From positions 1-64,000 of IMG/VR virus record IMGVR_UViG_3300027763_000001: a stretch of 64,000 nucleotides of DNA; one strand, 5' to 3'. Positions 46,203 through 55,438 of this stretch are shown here, piece by piece; positions within the stretch are counted from its first letter, which is position 1, and each line of letters opens with the position of its first letter. Below the pieces are notes generated by a model, which did not search any database, had not been told where the DNA came from, and saw only the letters and a list, made by a program, of their open reading frames with translations. The position numbers were made by a program, and so were the translations under genes. Source of the stretch: a virus.

Positions 46203-46625
46203 ATGCCGTTCTCCCAGTACATGGCCACCCAGATACTGAACTGGGTGCGCGGCACGGTCATGCCAGCGGCCCCGACCGGCCTGTTCATTACCATTCACAG
46301 CGCCAGCCCCACTAATGACGGCTCGGCGGCCAACATCACCTCTACGGTTACCGGCAATAACAACCGCATTCAGCTGCCCCAAGCAGACCTGGCTGCTATC
46401 ACCTCGGTCGGCGGTGGTGGCTTCGAGAGGCTGAATGCTCAGACAGTGATCATCACCAACAGCGCTGTCAATGGCGCCTCGGCGTTTGCCAGTCATGCTG
46501 CCGTTTGGAATGCCAACACGGGGGGCGACCTGCTGCTCCATGACGCACTTTCGGTGGTGACGGAGATCCAGTTTGGCGATCTCGTAAAATTCGATCCCTC
46601 GACCTTCTCGCTTCGAGTTATTTGA
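46203..46625 (+). CDS. Small phage tail-fibre-associated protein (Gp80-like)
   Basis: S.Y....LN..RG...P...L...H.A.P...SH.AVWNA.TGG.LL...L......GD...F. Confidence 0.7.
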   Translation: MPFSQYMATQILNWVRGTVMPAAPTGLFITIHSASPTNDGSAANITSTVTGNNNRIQLPQADLAAITSVGGGGFERLNAQTVIITNSAVNGASAFASHAAVWNANTGGDLLLHDALSVVTEIQFGDLVKFDPSTFSLRVI

Positions 46626-46774
46626 TGGCAACTCAAACGAAGACCACCGGCCTGGGCAAGACTTGGCTCCAGGGCGACAAAAAGGACCCCGTGCATCACA
46701 AGACCACCCAAGGCAACGGGCGGGGCAGCCGAGCAAAAGGGAGCCGGAAGCTCAGTCGCGGTCAGGGGCGATAA
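46625..46774 (+). CDS. Small basic protein ending RGQGR (49 aa, not in ORF track)
   Basis: TGATG coupling; MATQTK...KTTQGNG...SRKLSRGQGR. Confidence 0.65.
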   Translation: MATQTKTTGLGKTWLQGDKKDPVHHKTTQGNGRGSRAKGSRKLSRGQGR

Positions 46775-46775
46775 A

Positions 46776-47111
46776 TTGGAAGTCTTCCTGGACAAGGCGG
46801 TCGGGCCCGAGCGCCTTGTCGTCGAGGTCCGACTGGAACATGCCGCCATCCGCACAGCGCTAGACCTTCACTGGGTTCATTGGATGGTCTTCCAGGTGCT
46901 CGCCGGAGCCGACGCCCCGGTGACTTATCTCAATGGCGAGATTCTCGGCGGCGGCAGCAGAAACTTTGAGATCGCCCGCGTCCACGATACGGAGCGCCAG
47001 GAGGACGTCTACACATGCTCCTGGGATGCCGCCACGCCTCTGCTCGATGACCCCGACGTAATTGACCTGGAGATTATTGAGAAGCGCTTGGCTCTGCCGG
47101 CTGGGGCGTGA
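46776..47111 (+). CDS. Hypothetical protein
   Basis: Starts 1 nt after the small basic ORF. Confidence 0.55.
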   Translation: MEVFLDKAVGPERLVVEVRLEHAAIRTALDLHWVHWMVFQVLAGADAPVTYLNGEILGGGSRNFEIARVHDTERQEDVYTCSWDAATPLLDDPDVIDLEIIEKRLALPAGA

Positions 47112-47313
47112 GGCCGAAGAGGGCTCGCGCTTGCCGTATCTGCAGCTCCCTGCGCTCGTCTTGATCAGCCTGATAGGCCGCCAGGAAGTCCCACTCTTCG
47201 ACCGACTCCCAGTCGCTCCAGGAGCTGCTGGCGATGCCGTCGCCGGGGTAAAGGCTGTCTAGGTTAAATCGATGCCGCCACTGCAGGGTGCGATCGCCTT
47301 CGTTGACAATCAT
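47074..47313 (-). CDS. Hypothetical protein
   Basis: ATG start; acidic, Trp-rich. Confidence 0.5.
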   Translation of the reverse strand: MIVNEGDRTLQWRHRFNLDSLYPGDGIASSSWSDWESVEEWDFLAAYQADQDERRELQIRQARALFGLTPQPAEPSASQ

Positions 47314-47339
47314 TCGGAACTGAATTGGAGCGCTGCTTA

Positions 47340-47678
47340 TTACTTAGGCAGCCTCATCTCATCCCGCAGGCAGTGGTGCATCGCCAGCTTGCGCATGTCC
47401 TCGAGGTGGCGCTCCGTGGCCGCCAGGGAGCCTGCTGAGCCGCTTCCTTCACTGGGGCGCAGGCCACACTGCCAGAGCTGGTCCATCAACCCCTGGGCTT
47501 CGGTGGGGGCCAGGGTGAACAAGGGGCGGTGCGGGAAGCATTGATCGGATGGAAGCGGCTCCATCGCCAAGCCCGTCGCGATCAAAAGGTCGCTTCCCGT
47601 CCGACCGCCCAAGCTTCCCAGCTGGAACTCGATGGAGCTTCCCCAGGCGGCGCGTTGGGCGTAGATCTTGAAGGTCAT
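47340..47678 (-). CDS. Conserved-type hypothetical phage protein
   Basis: AQ.LMD.LW.CGLRPSEGSGSAGSLAATERHLEDMR. Confidence 0.65.
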   Translation of the reverse strand: MTFKIYAQRAAWGSSIEFQLGSLGGRTGSDLLIATGLAMEPLPSDQCFPHRPLFTLAPTEAQGLMDQLWQCGLRPSEGSGSAGSLAATERHLEDMRKLAMHHCLRDEMRLPK

Positions 47679-47706
47679 GGTCAGCAATCCCAAGGGGTAG
47701 AGGTCG

Positions 47707-48336
47707 TCACGACGGCAGCCCCGCCCGCTCGAGGTCACCGGCCGTCTGCCGCCCCTGCCAGGTGGCCGAGCGCATCAGCCGCTCCTGCACGTCAGCTGCC
47801 GCATGGCCGTCCCACTCGGGGGCCAACGGCAGCTCTATGACGTGCGAAATGGCTCTGATCGCTCCCAGGTCGCTCACCGGCAAGTGATAGGTGACACGCT
47901 CCCACTGCTGCTCACCCGTGCGGAGGTCCATGCCGGCCACAAAGAACCCCTCGAACATCCCGCCGTCGCCGTGCTTGAGCGAAAACCAGGGATTACAGTC
48001 CTCGGCCGTGGCAGCCATCAGCGCCAGGAACAGCGCGTGCCGGTGCTCGTAGAGCTCGCGGAAGGTGTGATACCCGTCGCTGGTGTCCTCGTCGGCCGGG
48101 CGCCTCCGGGACTCGTCGTAGCCCGCCATGATGGCGTTGGCGAACCAACCGAGCATGGCGTCGGTGGTATCGACCTGCAGGCCGTCACCGTGCAACTGGG
48201 CGAGCCTGGTGTCCGGGTTGATCGCCACGAACGCCTTGGCCCAAGCCATCGCATCCATCGAGCAGTGCCAGTGCTTCCCGTCGGAACCGCGAATGCCGTC
48301 TGCGGGGCCAGGAATCGGGTGCATCGGTAGATCCAT
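47707..48336 (-). CDS. WDGH-domain protein
   Basis: SDGYHTF.ELY.HR..LF...H.DG...TYHLP...APEWDGH. Confidence 0.75.
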   Translation of the reverse strand: MDLPMHPIPGPADGIRGSDGKHWHCSMDAMAWAKAFVAINPDTRLAQLHGDGLQVDTTDAMLGWFANAIMAGYDESRRRPADEDTSDGYHTFRELYEHRHALFLALMAATAEDCNPWFSLKHGDGGMFEGFFVAGMDLRTGEQQWERVTYHLPVSDLGAIRAISHVIELPLAPEWDGHAAADVQERLMRSATWQGRQTAGDLERAGLPS

Positions 48337-48338
48337 GA

Positions 48339-49517
48339 TCAGTAGTCCCAAGTGACGCAAGGTGAAACGCCGGCCTTCGGGTGGAACCCGCCGCCATTGC
48401 GCTTGTCGATGTGCAGGAACCCTTTGCGGCGTCCGTCGCCGAGGGCACCGCTCCAGCGGGGCTTAAGCCACCGGAACATGCCATCGAGATCGCCGTCGGC
48501 CGGGCAGATGTCCAGTGCGTCGCCCACGACGTGCCGGCTGTCTGCCACCCCGCCGGCCGCCCGGTTGTAGGGCTCAGGCCGGTAGCCGCTGGTCAGGAGC
48601 ACTGCTCCGTTCCAGTGGTCCCGGATCGCATCAGCGTCACGAATCACCGCCAGGATGTTCTTTTCCTCGGGCGAGCCAGCTGCCGGGCGCCGGCGCAGGT
48701 CTCCCCGCAGCACCTCGCGGACCGTGAAGTACCGGCCCACGGGCGCGTTCAGATCGGTCCAGTCCACGGTGGTGATCCGCCCGATCGCGGGAACTGGCGC
48801 GACCTCGGGGGCGAAGTGGGGCCCGAAGACGTACCACTGGCCGGGCTGCCCCTCGACGGTCACCAAGTCGTGCGCGTCGCCCGCAATCTCTTCGATTGAG
48901 GTAAAGCGGATCAGCTGATTCGGCGCCACCTTGATTCGCCCAGAGGCAGAAAGGTAGCTGCTAGGAATTGGAGCCTTTTTCAGGAACGTGTCCTGCGTGG
49001 CCTTCAAGATCTGGGTCATGACGGTTTCAAGGTTCCAAAGGGCCGCTTCACGGTGACGACGGTTGGTGAGTTCAGGCGAAAGTCTACCAAGGTTGTCGCG
49101 ATCGAACTTCAGCAGCAAGGGTTCAATCGCGCCCGGGTAGCCCCAGATTGAGCGCAGCTGCCTGCGCCTATGCGCTTGCTCGTGCTGGACCCCCCGCTCA
49201 TCGCCGCAGCCCGGGCCCAACAGAAAGGCCAGCACCGCCGCTCGCTGCGACGGCCCCAGCAGGTCCCAGCCTGCCAGGGCCTTGCGGGCCAGCTCGTCGC
49301 AAGAAAGCAGTTCTTGCGATAGCAGAGCATCCGCCTGCGCCCGGGTCGCCCGGTCTCCCAGGATTACCCCGGTCCAGCCGTGCATCGTCAACCGATAGCC
49401 AACTTCTGCGACCCCGGACTCGTTCAGGCGTGCCTCTTCGATCAGGGGCGTCGTTTCGCGGACCAGATCGGCGGCCTGGCTCAGCGCCCGGGTGCCACGC
49501 TCAGGCAGGGGCCCCAA
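48339..49517 (-). CDS. Endolysin: degenerate GH24 lysozyme-like domain plus peptidase M15A
   Basis: C-terminal TSGYRP..YN...GG...SRH..GDALDI...FLHID; N-terminal GY..T...GD..T..QA..LL...L..RR..EA. Confidence 0.75.
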   Translation of the reverse strand: MGPLPERGTRALSQAADLVRETTPLIEEARLNESGVAEVGYRLTMHGWTGVILGDRATRAQADALLSQELLSCDELARKALAGWDLLGPSQRAAVLAFLLGPGCGDERGVQHEQAHRRRQLRSIWGYPGAIEPLLLKFDRDNLGRLSPELTNRRHREAALWNLETVMTQILKATQDTFLKKAPIPSSYLSASGRIKVAPNQLIRFTSIEEIAGDAHDLVTVEGQPGQWYVFGPHFAPEVAPVPAIGRITTVDWTDLNAPVGRYFTVREVLRGDLRRRPAAGSPEEKNILAVIRDADAIRDHWNGAVLLTSGYRPEPYNRAAGGVADSRHVVGDALDICPADGDLDGMFRWLKPRWSGALGDGRRKGFLHIDKRNGGGFHPKAGVSPCVTWDY

Positions 49518-49725
49518 CGGCCTGGGCTAAAACAGCGGTGACTGCCGCCTGGTCGCTCATATCGACTCCGGCCGCCTGGGCAATCGCCGCCACCCCGGCA
49601 TGGCCGGGAAGCTCTCCGCCCTGGGACAAGACGTGCTGCTTGAGCCCGTTCTTGTAGGCCAAGGCCATGGCCGAACCCGGTTGCTGTAGATGGGGGGCCG
49701 AGGCCACGAAGTTGGAAGCGTTCAT
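49501..49725 (-). CDS. Hypothetical protein
   Basis: TGATG coupling with the scaffold gene. Confidence 0.5.
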   Translation of the reverse strand: MNASNFVASAPHLQQPGSAMALAYKNGLKQHVLSQGGELPGHAGVAAIAQAAGVDMSDQAAVTAVLAQAVGAPA

Positions 49726-50891
49726 CAGTTCTCACCCATCAGCTGGCGGGACATCAGGGCTTGAGGTAGCGCGGCCATGTTCTGACTGTAGAGCGCAGCA
49801 GCGGCCCTGGGGTCACTGTCCATCAAAGCGAAAACGGTCGCCAGGATGTCATTACCGTTCGCGCTGCCACCCTGCCCCGGGGGCCGCATCTCCAGTTGCG
49901 GGCGCTGATACAAAGGCTGGCCTTGGGGCTCGGGGGGCTGAGCCTGGAACCGGGGCTGGCCCTGAGCCTGGAACTGGGGGTAGCCCTGGGGCGTGCCCCC
50001 AGCGGGGTACTGGTTGTAGCCTTCCATCAGCTCGGGGGCTCGCGCACCGCTCCTGGGGGGCAGCATGCGTCCGCTGGACTCGCCGTAGGCCACTTCGGCG
50101 GCCAGACGGTCACGAGGGCCTTCCTGGGCCGGAGCTGCAGGCAGCTCGCCGGGGCCGCCGGGGCCGAAAAACTCAGTAGTGTACTGGGCCAGTAGGGGAG
50201 GGCTTGAGAGGATAGTGTGATAGGCCGCGTTGTCCTCGGCGGCTGCGGTGATCAAGGTGTGAGCGTTCTGCAGGTTTTGGTGAAGCTGCTGGGCCTGGGC
50301 AGTCACATCGAGAGTCTGCTGGGCCTGACGCAACAGAGCGTCCTCAATCACGCAGGAATAGTGATTGAGCAGCGCCGGGGCCTCGGGCCCAAAATGCTGC
50401 AGAACCTCAAGACTTGCGCCGCTGAGGCCGCCCAGGTACTGGTCGCCCGTTGGCGCGGCGGTAGCCAACGGCGAAGGGGTCGCCGCCCACTGCTGGAGCT
50501 GGGCCTGGGCCGGGTGCGGCTGGGAGTAAGGCGCGGGGCTGTAAACCGGTTGCTGGAACACCTGGGGCGGGGCCATTACCCCAGCCGGAGCTGGAGCCGG
50601 GGCGGGCACTGGCTGGGTCTGCGGCCAGAACTGAACCGGGGCTTGGGAGCTGGGCGTCGCGCTCGAAGAGTTGTAAAGCCCTTGAAGGGCCGCGTCCCAT
50701 TGGCTCACCGCCTGGGGCGCCGGTTGGGAATAGGGCACTACCAGGGCCTGTGGCGCCGGAGCCGTCTGGTACGAAGGTGGGTGGCTCGCCGCCGGTGCTT
50801 GCTGGTAGGCCTCTGGCGAGGCGGGAGCGCTGGAAGGCATCGAGCCCTGCGGGATCGCCGGAGCCTGAGGAGTCGCGGTAGGTCCCTGCAT
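49725..50891 (-). CDS. Putative capsid scaffolding protein
   Basis: Disordered Pro/Gln/Ala arms around a coiled-coil core; follows the portal gene. Confidence 0.55.
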   Translation of the reverse strand: MQGPTATPQAPAIPQGSMPSSAPASPEAYQQAPAASHPPSYQTAPAPQALVVPYSQPAPQAVSQWDAALQGLYNSSSATPSSQAPVQFWPQTQPVPAPAPAPAGVMAPPQVFQQPVYSPAPYSQPHPAQAQLQQWAATPSPLATAAPTGDQYLGGLSGASLEVLQHFGPEAPALLNHYSCVIEDALLRQAQQTLDVTAQAQQLHQNLQNAHTLITAAAEDNAAYHTILSSPPLLAQYTTEFFGPGGPGELPAAPAQEGPRDRLAAEVAYGESSGRMLPPRSGARAPELMEGYNQYPAGGTPQGYPQFQAQGQPRFQAQPPEPQGQPLYQRPQLEMRPPGQGGSANGNDILATVFALMDSDPRAAAALYSQNMAALPQALMSRQLMGEN

Positions 50892-52638
50892 AGGTCAGCT
50901 CTCGCTTGAGGAAATCGAAGGCCCGGTAGATGTAGGGCGTCAGGTCCAGTCTAGGGTCTGCCAGGAGCGGCAGATTGGGAACCTGAGGATGCGGCGTTTG
51001 CTGCATCTGGGACACCAGCGACAGAAAAGTCGCAATACTGGCCTGGGTCTGCTGCGCCATCCTAAACGGGAAGCCGCTCAACATTGCACTTCGTTCTTCA
51101 TCTGTTTTGTCGGGGAACAGATGACGCAAGGCCTCAACCGAGGCAACTCCCAGTTCTTGCAGGTTGCGCACCACAATCGACTTCTGCAGGATGTCATCCG
51201 CCGAGTCCTCGAACACGGGTCCGCGCCAGCGCCAATCCACCTGGCGGTCCCCGTCGGGAATCAGTCCCGTTACCCCAGGCGGCATGGCCTGCTCTTGCAC
51301 CGCCTTGCGAATTGCCTCTTCGAGCTTGGCGTCGTACTTGGCCATCGCCGCATCGAACGCCTCGGCCTCCTTGCGGAACTTCTTGGGATCGGTAGCCTCT
51401 TCCTGCAGGGGCGCCTCAGGGCGCTTCATTTTGATCGCCGCGGCGAACGATTCGCGAAACACCCGCTCCTCGTTGTAGATGATCAGCGCCAGCAACTTGC
51501 ACAGCCCGTAGGTGAGCAGTCCGCGGCACTTCCGCCCGGCCGTGGCGGCAGGCCGGCCAAACAGGCTCTTGATCTCGTAGGCAGTTGCCCCGCTACTTAT
51601 CCCCAGCTCGTCGACGCCACCCAGGACCCCCCGCAGTTCTTCGCGGTACTGACGAGCGTAGAGATTTTGATCGCCACTGACCGAGTCTGGCGTGATATAC
51701 GCCACCCGGTCAGTGGGGTCCACGTTAGAAATAATTCGAGCAATCTTGAAGCCACGCTCACGCCCGCCCCCCGAGCCCGCTGGCGGCGACATCCGCGTTG
51801 AAGGCGCCCCTTCGCCAGAGAAGCCAGCCTGAGACGCAATTGTCGGCCGCTGCGCCGGCGATCCAGTCGAAGCCTCGGTCGTGATGTCCGTCTTGGGTCT
51901 TGAAGACACCAGGGTCGGGTTGCCAAAAAACCTGATGTTTTCCCTGATGTTGCCTACCAGCTCGTCGTGGCCGGTTATCTGTGACTCCAGCCAATCGAAG
52001 TCACCGGTGGCGTCCATCCCGGTGGACCTCATTTTATTAAAAGCTTCTACCGCCGGGATGAAGCCCAGGGAATTGCGCACCGTCCTGGTTCTGCCGAACA
52101 TCTCGCCTGTGAACGGCCCGGCCGCGTCAAGGTTCGGCCGCGACATCAGGATCGTTTCACGAATCGAGTCCCGGCGCACCACAAGCTTCACCCACTGCTG
52201 CATCTGGCCGTTGGGCCCGGGATTGGCCGACATCCCCGCCCCTGGCTTTACCTCGTAGCTGTAGACCAGGATCAGCTCGTCGATCTCAGCCATCGCGTCG
52301 TAATACGCTCGGTAGTCGCTCTTAGGGAACCACAGGATCCGGTAACTATCCTTGACCGGGCGGAAGAACCAGATCCCCTTGCCGTCCAGCAAGAAGTCAT
52401 CAACCACGCCCTCCAGACGCTGGTCGACCTCGTTCTCGGTGATCAGATTCTGCAGAAACGTCTTGCGATGCCCGAAGGTGTCCTGCTTGGGGTAAAACTC
52501 GATACCTTGCCGCAGCATGAACAATTGCTGCTGGACCAAGTGGCCGCCCACCACCAAAGTGTCCGATTCACCAGATGCCGTGCGGGACCTGAGAGCCTCT
52601 AGCAACTCACGAAAACGTTGGGATTTGGCTGCCGGCAT
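50407..52638 (-). CDS. Putative portal protein
   Basis: Directly downstream of TerL; size and helical composition fit; FGNPTLV and SGATAYEIK segments. Confidence 0.7.
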   Translation of the reverse strand: MPAAKSQRFRELLEALRSRTASGESDTLVVGGHLVQQQLFMLRQGIEFYPKQDTFGHRKTFLQNLITENEVDQRLEGVVDDFLLDGKGIWFFRPVKDSYRILWFPKSDYRAYYDAMAEIDELILVYSYEVKPGAGMSANPGPNGQMQQWVKLVVRRDSIRETILMSRPNLDAAGPFTGEMFGRTRTVRNSLGFIPAVEAFNKMRSTGMDATGDFDWLESQITGHDELVGNIRENIRFFGNPTLVSSRPKTDITTEASTGSPAQRPTIASQAGFSGEGAPSTRMSPPAGSGGGRERGFKIARIISNVDPTDRVAYITPDSVSGDQNLYARQYREELRGVLGGVDELGISSGATAYEIKSLFGRPAATAGRKCRGLLTYGLCKLLALIIYNEERVFRESFAAAIKMKRPEAPLQEEATDPKKFRKEAEAFDAAMAKYDAKLEEAIRKAVQEQAMPPGVTGLIPDGDRQVDWRWRGPVFEDSADDILQKSIVVRNLQELGVASVEALRHLFPDKTDEERSAMLSGFPFRMAQQTQASIATFLSLVSQMQQTPHPQVPNLPLLADPRLDLTPYIYRAFDFLKRELTYAGTYRDSSGSGDPAGLDAFQRSRLARGLPASTGGEPPTFVPDGSGATGPGSALFPTGAPGGEPMGRGPSRALQLFERDAQLPSPGSVLAADPASARPGSSSGWGNGPAPGVPATGLQPRALLPAAPGPGPAPAVGGDPFAVGYRRANGRPVPGRPQRRKS

Positions 52639-52639
52639 T

Positions 52640-54238
52640 TCAGTATTCGACCTCGACCGCGGAGCGGCTCATCAGTGACTGAACCACAATGTTAAGACTG
52701 TCCACGCAGTCGTCATTCGTGCAGTGGCCGAAATTGACAACCTCATCGATCATCACCTTGAAGTCCCGGTACCGGTTGAGCCGGACCTTGCCGGTCTGGA
52801 GCAGCCCCATTATTCCCCGCAGGCGCGCCATTTTGTCCCCCTTCAGCCCCTTGATCGGGCTGGGCCGCAGGTTGAACAGCTGCCGCTCCTCGTGGCAGAT
52901 TCGCTGGAAATCCCCGCTGAACGACTTCTGGTAAGCCACTGCTTCCGGCCAGATCGTCACCTCGCTGGACGTCGCAAAGAACTGAGGCTTCCCGTCGCTC
53001 AGCGGCTCCCCCTCCCGCAGCAGGTTCCACTCGACCAAAAGCTCGCAAAGCGCGTCAATTTTTTCGACGTTGCCGATCGTGCGCAGCCGCCGGTAGTCGA
53101 TTATGTAACAGGCATCCCCCAGGCGGCCAGCCAGGGTGAACACGGTCCAGTCGTGCCGTTCGGTAAGCCCGGCTGACAGGTCGATCCCGACTCCGATCTC
53201 GTCGTAGACCTCAGGGAGCTCGACCATGCGGAACAGGCTCGGGCTGATTCCCAGCTCGGTGGTGCTCACCGGCTTGTTGAGGTACTGATATGCAAAGGCG
53301 ACGTAGTCCTTGGTCTGCTGGGCCAGCAGGTACTTGAGACTCCACATTGCCGGCCAGTAGCTGCGCGGCGTGCCGTCGTTGCTGTATTCGATCGCGGCCT
53401 GGGTGATCACCTTCCAGCCGTTCTTGGGCACGAAGGTGGTGGCAAACATGTCATCGAAGTGGAACCGAGTGCCCAGCACCAGCGAGCGGCCCCCTTCGAA
53501 CCGGGTGGGCCCGATCACCGCGTTCCAGTTGTGCTCCATCTCCCGGCGCACGTCCGGATTGGCGATGTCCGACTGGCTCTTAATCAGGTCGTCCACCACG
53601 ATCAGGTTGGCCCGTTTCGAGGTGATTGCTCCTCGCAGGCCGGCGCAGGCCAGGGTGAAGGCGTCCTCGCCTCGCGTGTCGATCCCCGCAAAAGCGAAAT
53701 CGATCGCCCACAGCTCGTCCCCCTTCTTCTGCCGGCTCATCCGCACGTTCGGGAAGATCAGCCGGTAGTCGTCCGAGTTGATAATCGACTTGACCGCCGC
53801 GCTCTTGGCCCGCGCCACCTGCACGTTGTACGACACGTACAGGACGCGCAGCAGCTTGTGCTCCAGGGCGTGCTTGCCAATCAGCCAAGCCAGTAACATG
53901 GCCACGAAGGTGCTTTTGGCGCTTCCCCTGGGGCTCAGCAGGGCCGTGTCAGGCCCAGCGATATGGCTCAGATGCTCGTTGCTCTGGCCTGTGAGGAAGA
54001 CCTCGTACCACTCACGCATGTGCCGCGGCGGCGGCTTGCCCATGCGGGTGCAGAATGCCTCGAAACTCTCGCGGGCTACCAGGATCTCCGCTGGCGTCTC
54101 GTCGGCAACCTCCTTTACCTCGGGCGCGCCCTGAGCGAAGGGCACGACAGGGTTGGCCGCCGCGGCAGAAGCCATGGCCGATACTGCAGCTTCACGGGCA
54201 GCCCGGCGGTAAGCGAGAACGCGAGACGTGGCCGGCAT
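52640..54238 (-). CDS. terL: Terminase large subunit
   Basis: Walker A PRGSAKST, Walker B LIVVDD, motif GTRFH, nuclease GIDLS...DWT...DDCVDS. Confidence 0.92.
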   Translation of the reverse strand: MPATSRVLAYRRAAREAAVSAMASAAAANPVVPFAQGAPEVKEVADETPAEILVARESFEAFCTRMGKPPPRHMREWYEVFLTGQSNEHLSHIAGPDTALLSPRGSAKSTFVAMLLAWLIGKHALEHKLLRVLYVSYNVQVARAKSAAVKSIINSDDYRLIFPNVRMSRQKKGDELWAIDFAFAGIDTRGEDAFTLACAGLRGAITSKRANLIVVDDLIKSQSDIANPDVRREMEHNWNAVIGPTRFEGGRSLVLGTRFHFDDMFATTFVPKNGWKVITQAAIEYSNDGTPRSYWPAMWSLKYLLAQQTKDYVAFAYQYLNKPVSTTELGISPSLFRMVELPEVYDEIGVGIDLSAGLTERHDWTVFTLAGRLGDACYIIDYRRLRTIGNVEKIDALCELLVEWNLLREGEPLSDGKPQFFATSSEVTIWPEAVAYQKSFSGDFQRICHEERQLFNLRPSPIKGLKGDKMARLRGIMGLLQTGKVRLNRYRDFKVMIDEVVNFGHCTNDDCVDSLNIVVQSLMSRSAVEVEY

Positions 54239-54293
54239 CTTGCCAGGCTAGAGCAAGACGCATGAGACGCAAATTGAGACAGCTTGGCCGGCC

Positions 54294-54806
54294 TCAGCGC
54301 TCGTCCATCAAGACCGCCCACACCGCCTTGAACGCTTGAGCCAGCGCTGATTCCATGTCGGCACTCCCCGCAAAGATTGCCCGCAGCTCCCGCATCACCC
54401 GATCCGCCCCGGCCATCATCAAGCCCCGCCTATCGAGGGTTCGCGCCATCTTGTCCACTTCGGTGAGATGCCCCCGTAGCTCCCGCGAGAGGAACGCAAT
54501 CCGCGAGTACCCCTCTTTAGCGTCCAGGGTCTCGCTGGCTATCAGGACTCGGGCGTCCGCAATGTCGGTCTTCAGCTTGTCCGCTTCAGCCAGCAGCACC
54601 TTGCGCCGGTCTGTCCGCGGGTAAAGCTCATTGGCCCAGGCGATCAAGTCACCCATCGAGCCGGTGTACCCCATCACTGTCGCCAGGGTCCAAATCTCGA
54701 TCGGCGAAGTGGCGGTCTCCACCGTGTCGATAAACAGCTCTCGATCGGCGTCAGCCAGCATGCGCAGGAATTGCGCCACCTGGCTGACAACCTGTGCAGG
54801 CATCAT
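54294..54806 (-). CDS. Putative terminase small subunit
   Basis: Helical 170-aa protein immediately upstream of terL. Confidence 0.45.
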   Translation of the reverse strand: MMPAQVVSQVAQFLRMLADADRELFIDTVETATSPIEIWTLATVMGYTGSMGDLIAWANELYPRTDRRKVLLAEADKLKTDIADARVLIASETLDAKEGYSRIAFLSRELRGHLTEVDKMARTLDRRGLMMAGADRVMRELRAIFAGSADMESALAQAFKAVWAVLMDER

Positions 54807-55435
54807 CCGTAGTACCTCTGGCCTTGCTGACGGACCCGGTCCCTGTCGCTATCCCGCAGCCGGTTCGTGTTGTCCGTAGCGTTGTTCTGCGACAGCCGGC
54901 TCTCCTCGCCCTGCACCCGGTAACCCAGCCGGTCCTGCTCGCCCCGGGCAGTCACTCCCAGCCGGTCCTGCTCGCCCCGGGCAGTCACTCCCAGCCGGTC
55001 CTGCTCGCCCCGGGCAGTCACTCCCAGCCGGTCCTGCTCGCCACCGGTGACAAGGCCTCGCCGCTGCTGGTCCCCTTGGGTCATGATCTGGTCCTTGGTC
55101 AGTTCGCCTTCAACGCTCATCAATTCTTTCTTCGAGCCGGTCTCGGCCGCCAGAAGCTCGAGGGTATTCCCCTTGCGCAGGTTTTCGACACTCTGTTGGT
55201 ACCGCGTCAGCGACCCCAAGAAGGCGTTGTCGTACTCCATCTGGTTCGCAGTATTGAGACCCGTCCCATAGCTGTCTGCAAGCTTCCCAACCGCGATCCC
55301 CGAGAGCGCTTCATTGCCGGCGTACTTGTTCGCCAGGTTCACCAGCCCCGACTGAGACCTGTCATAGATCGATGCCGCAACGCTACCCCCGTAGGGCTGC
55401 CCGCCAGAACCAGTACCCGATGCAAAAGATGCCAT
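54803..55435 (-). CDS. Putative internal virion protein with GEQDRLGVTAR repeats
   Basis: 11-aa tandem repeats; operon context. Confidence 0.65.
   Translation of the reverse strand: MASFASGTGSGGQPYGGSVAASIYDRSQSGLVNLANKYAGNEALSGIAVGKLADSYGTGLNTANQMEYDNAFLGSLTRYQQSVENLRKGNTLELLAAETGSKKELMSVEGELTKDQIMTQGDQQRRGLVTGGEQDRLGVTARGEQDRLGVTARGEQDRLGVTARGEQDRLGYRVQGEESRLSQNNATDNTNRLRDSDRDRVRQQGQRYYG
54924..55042. repeat. 33-bp coding tandem repeat (3 perfect copies plus a 20-bp partial)
   Basis: CCCAGCCGGTCCTGCTCGCCCCGGGCAGTCACT at 54924, 54957 and 54990; partial at 55023. Confidence 0.95.
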
Positions 55436-55438
55436 GGC

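Noticed and set aside
54924-55042. CRISPR array
   Set aside because: The repeats are contiguous with no spacers, are in frame within a gene, and there are no cas genes.
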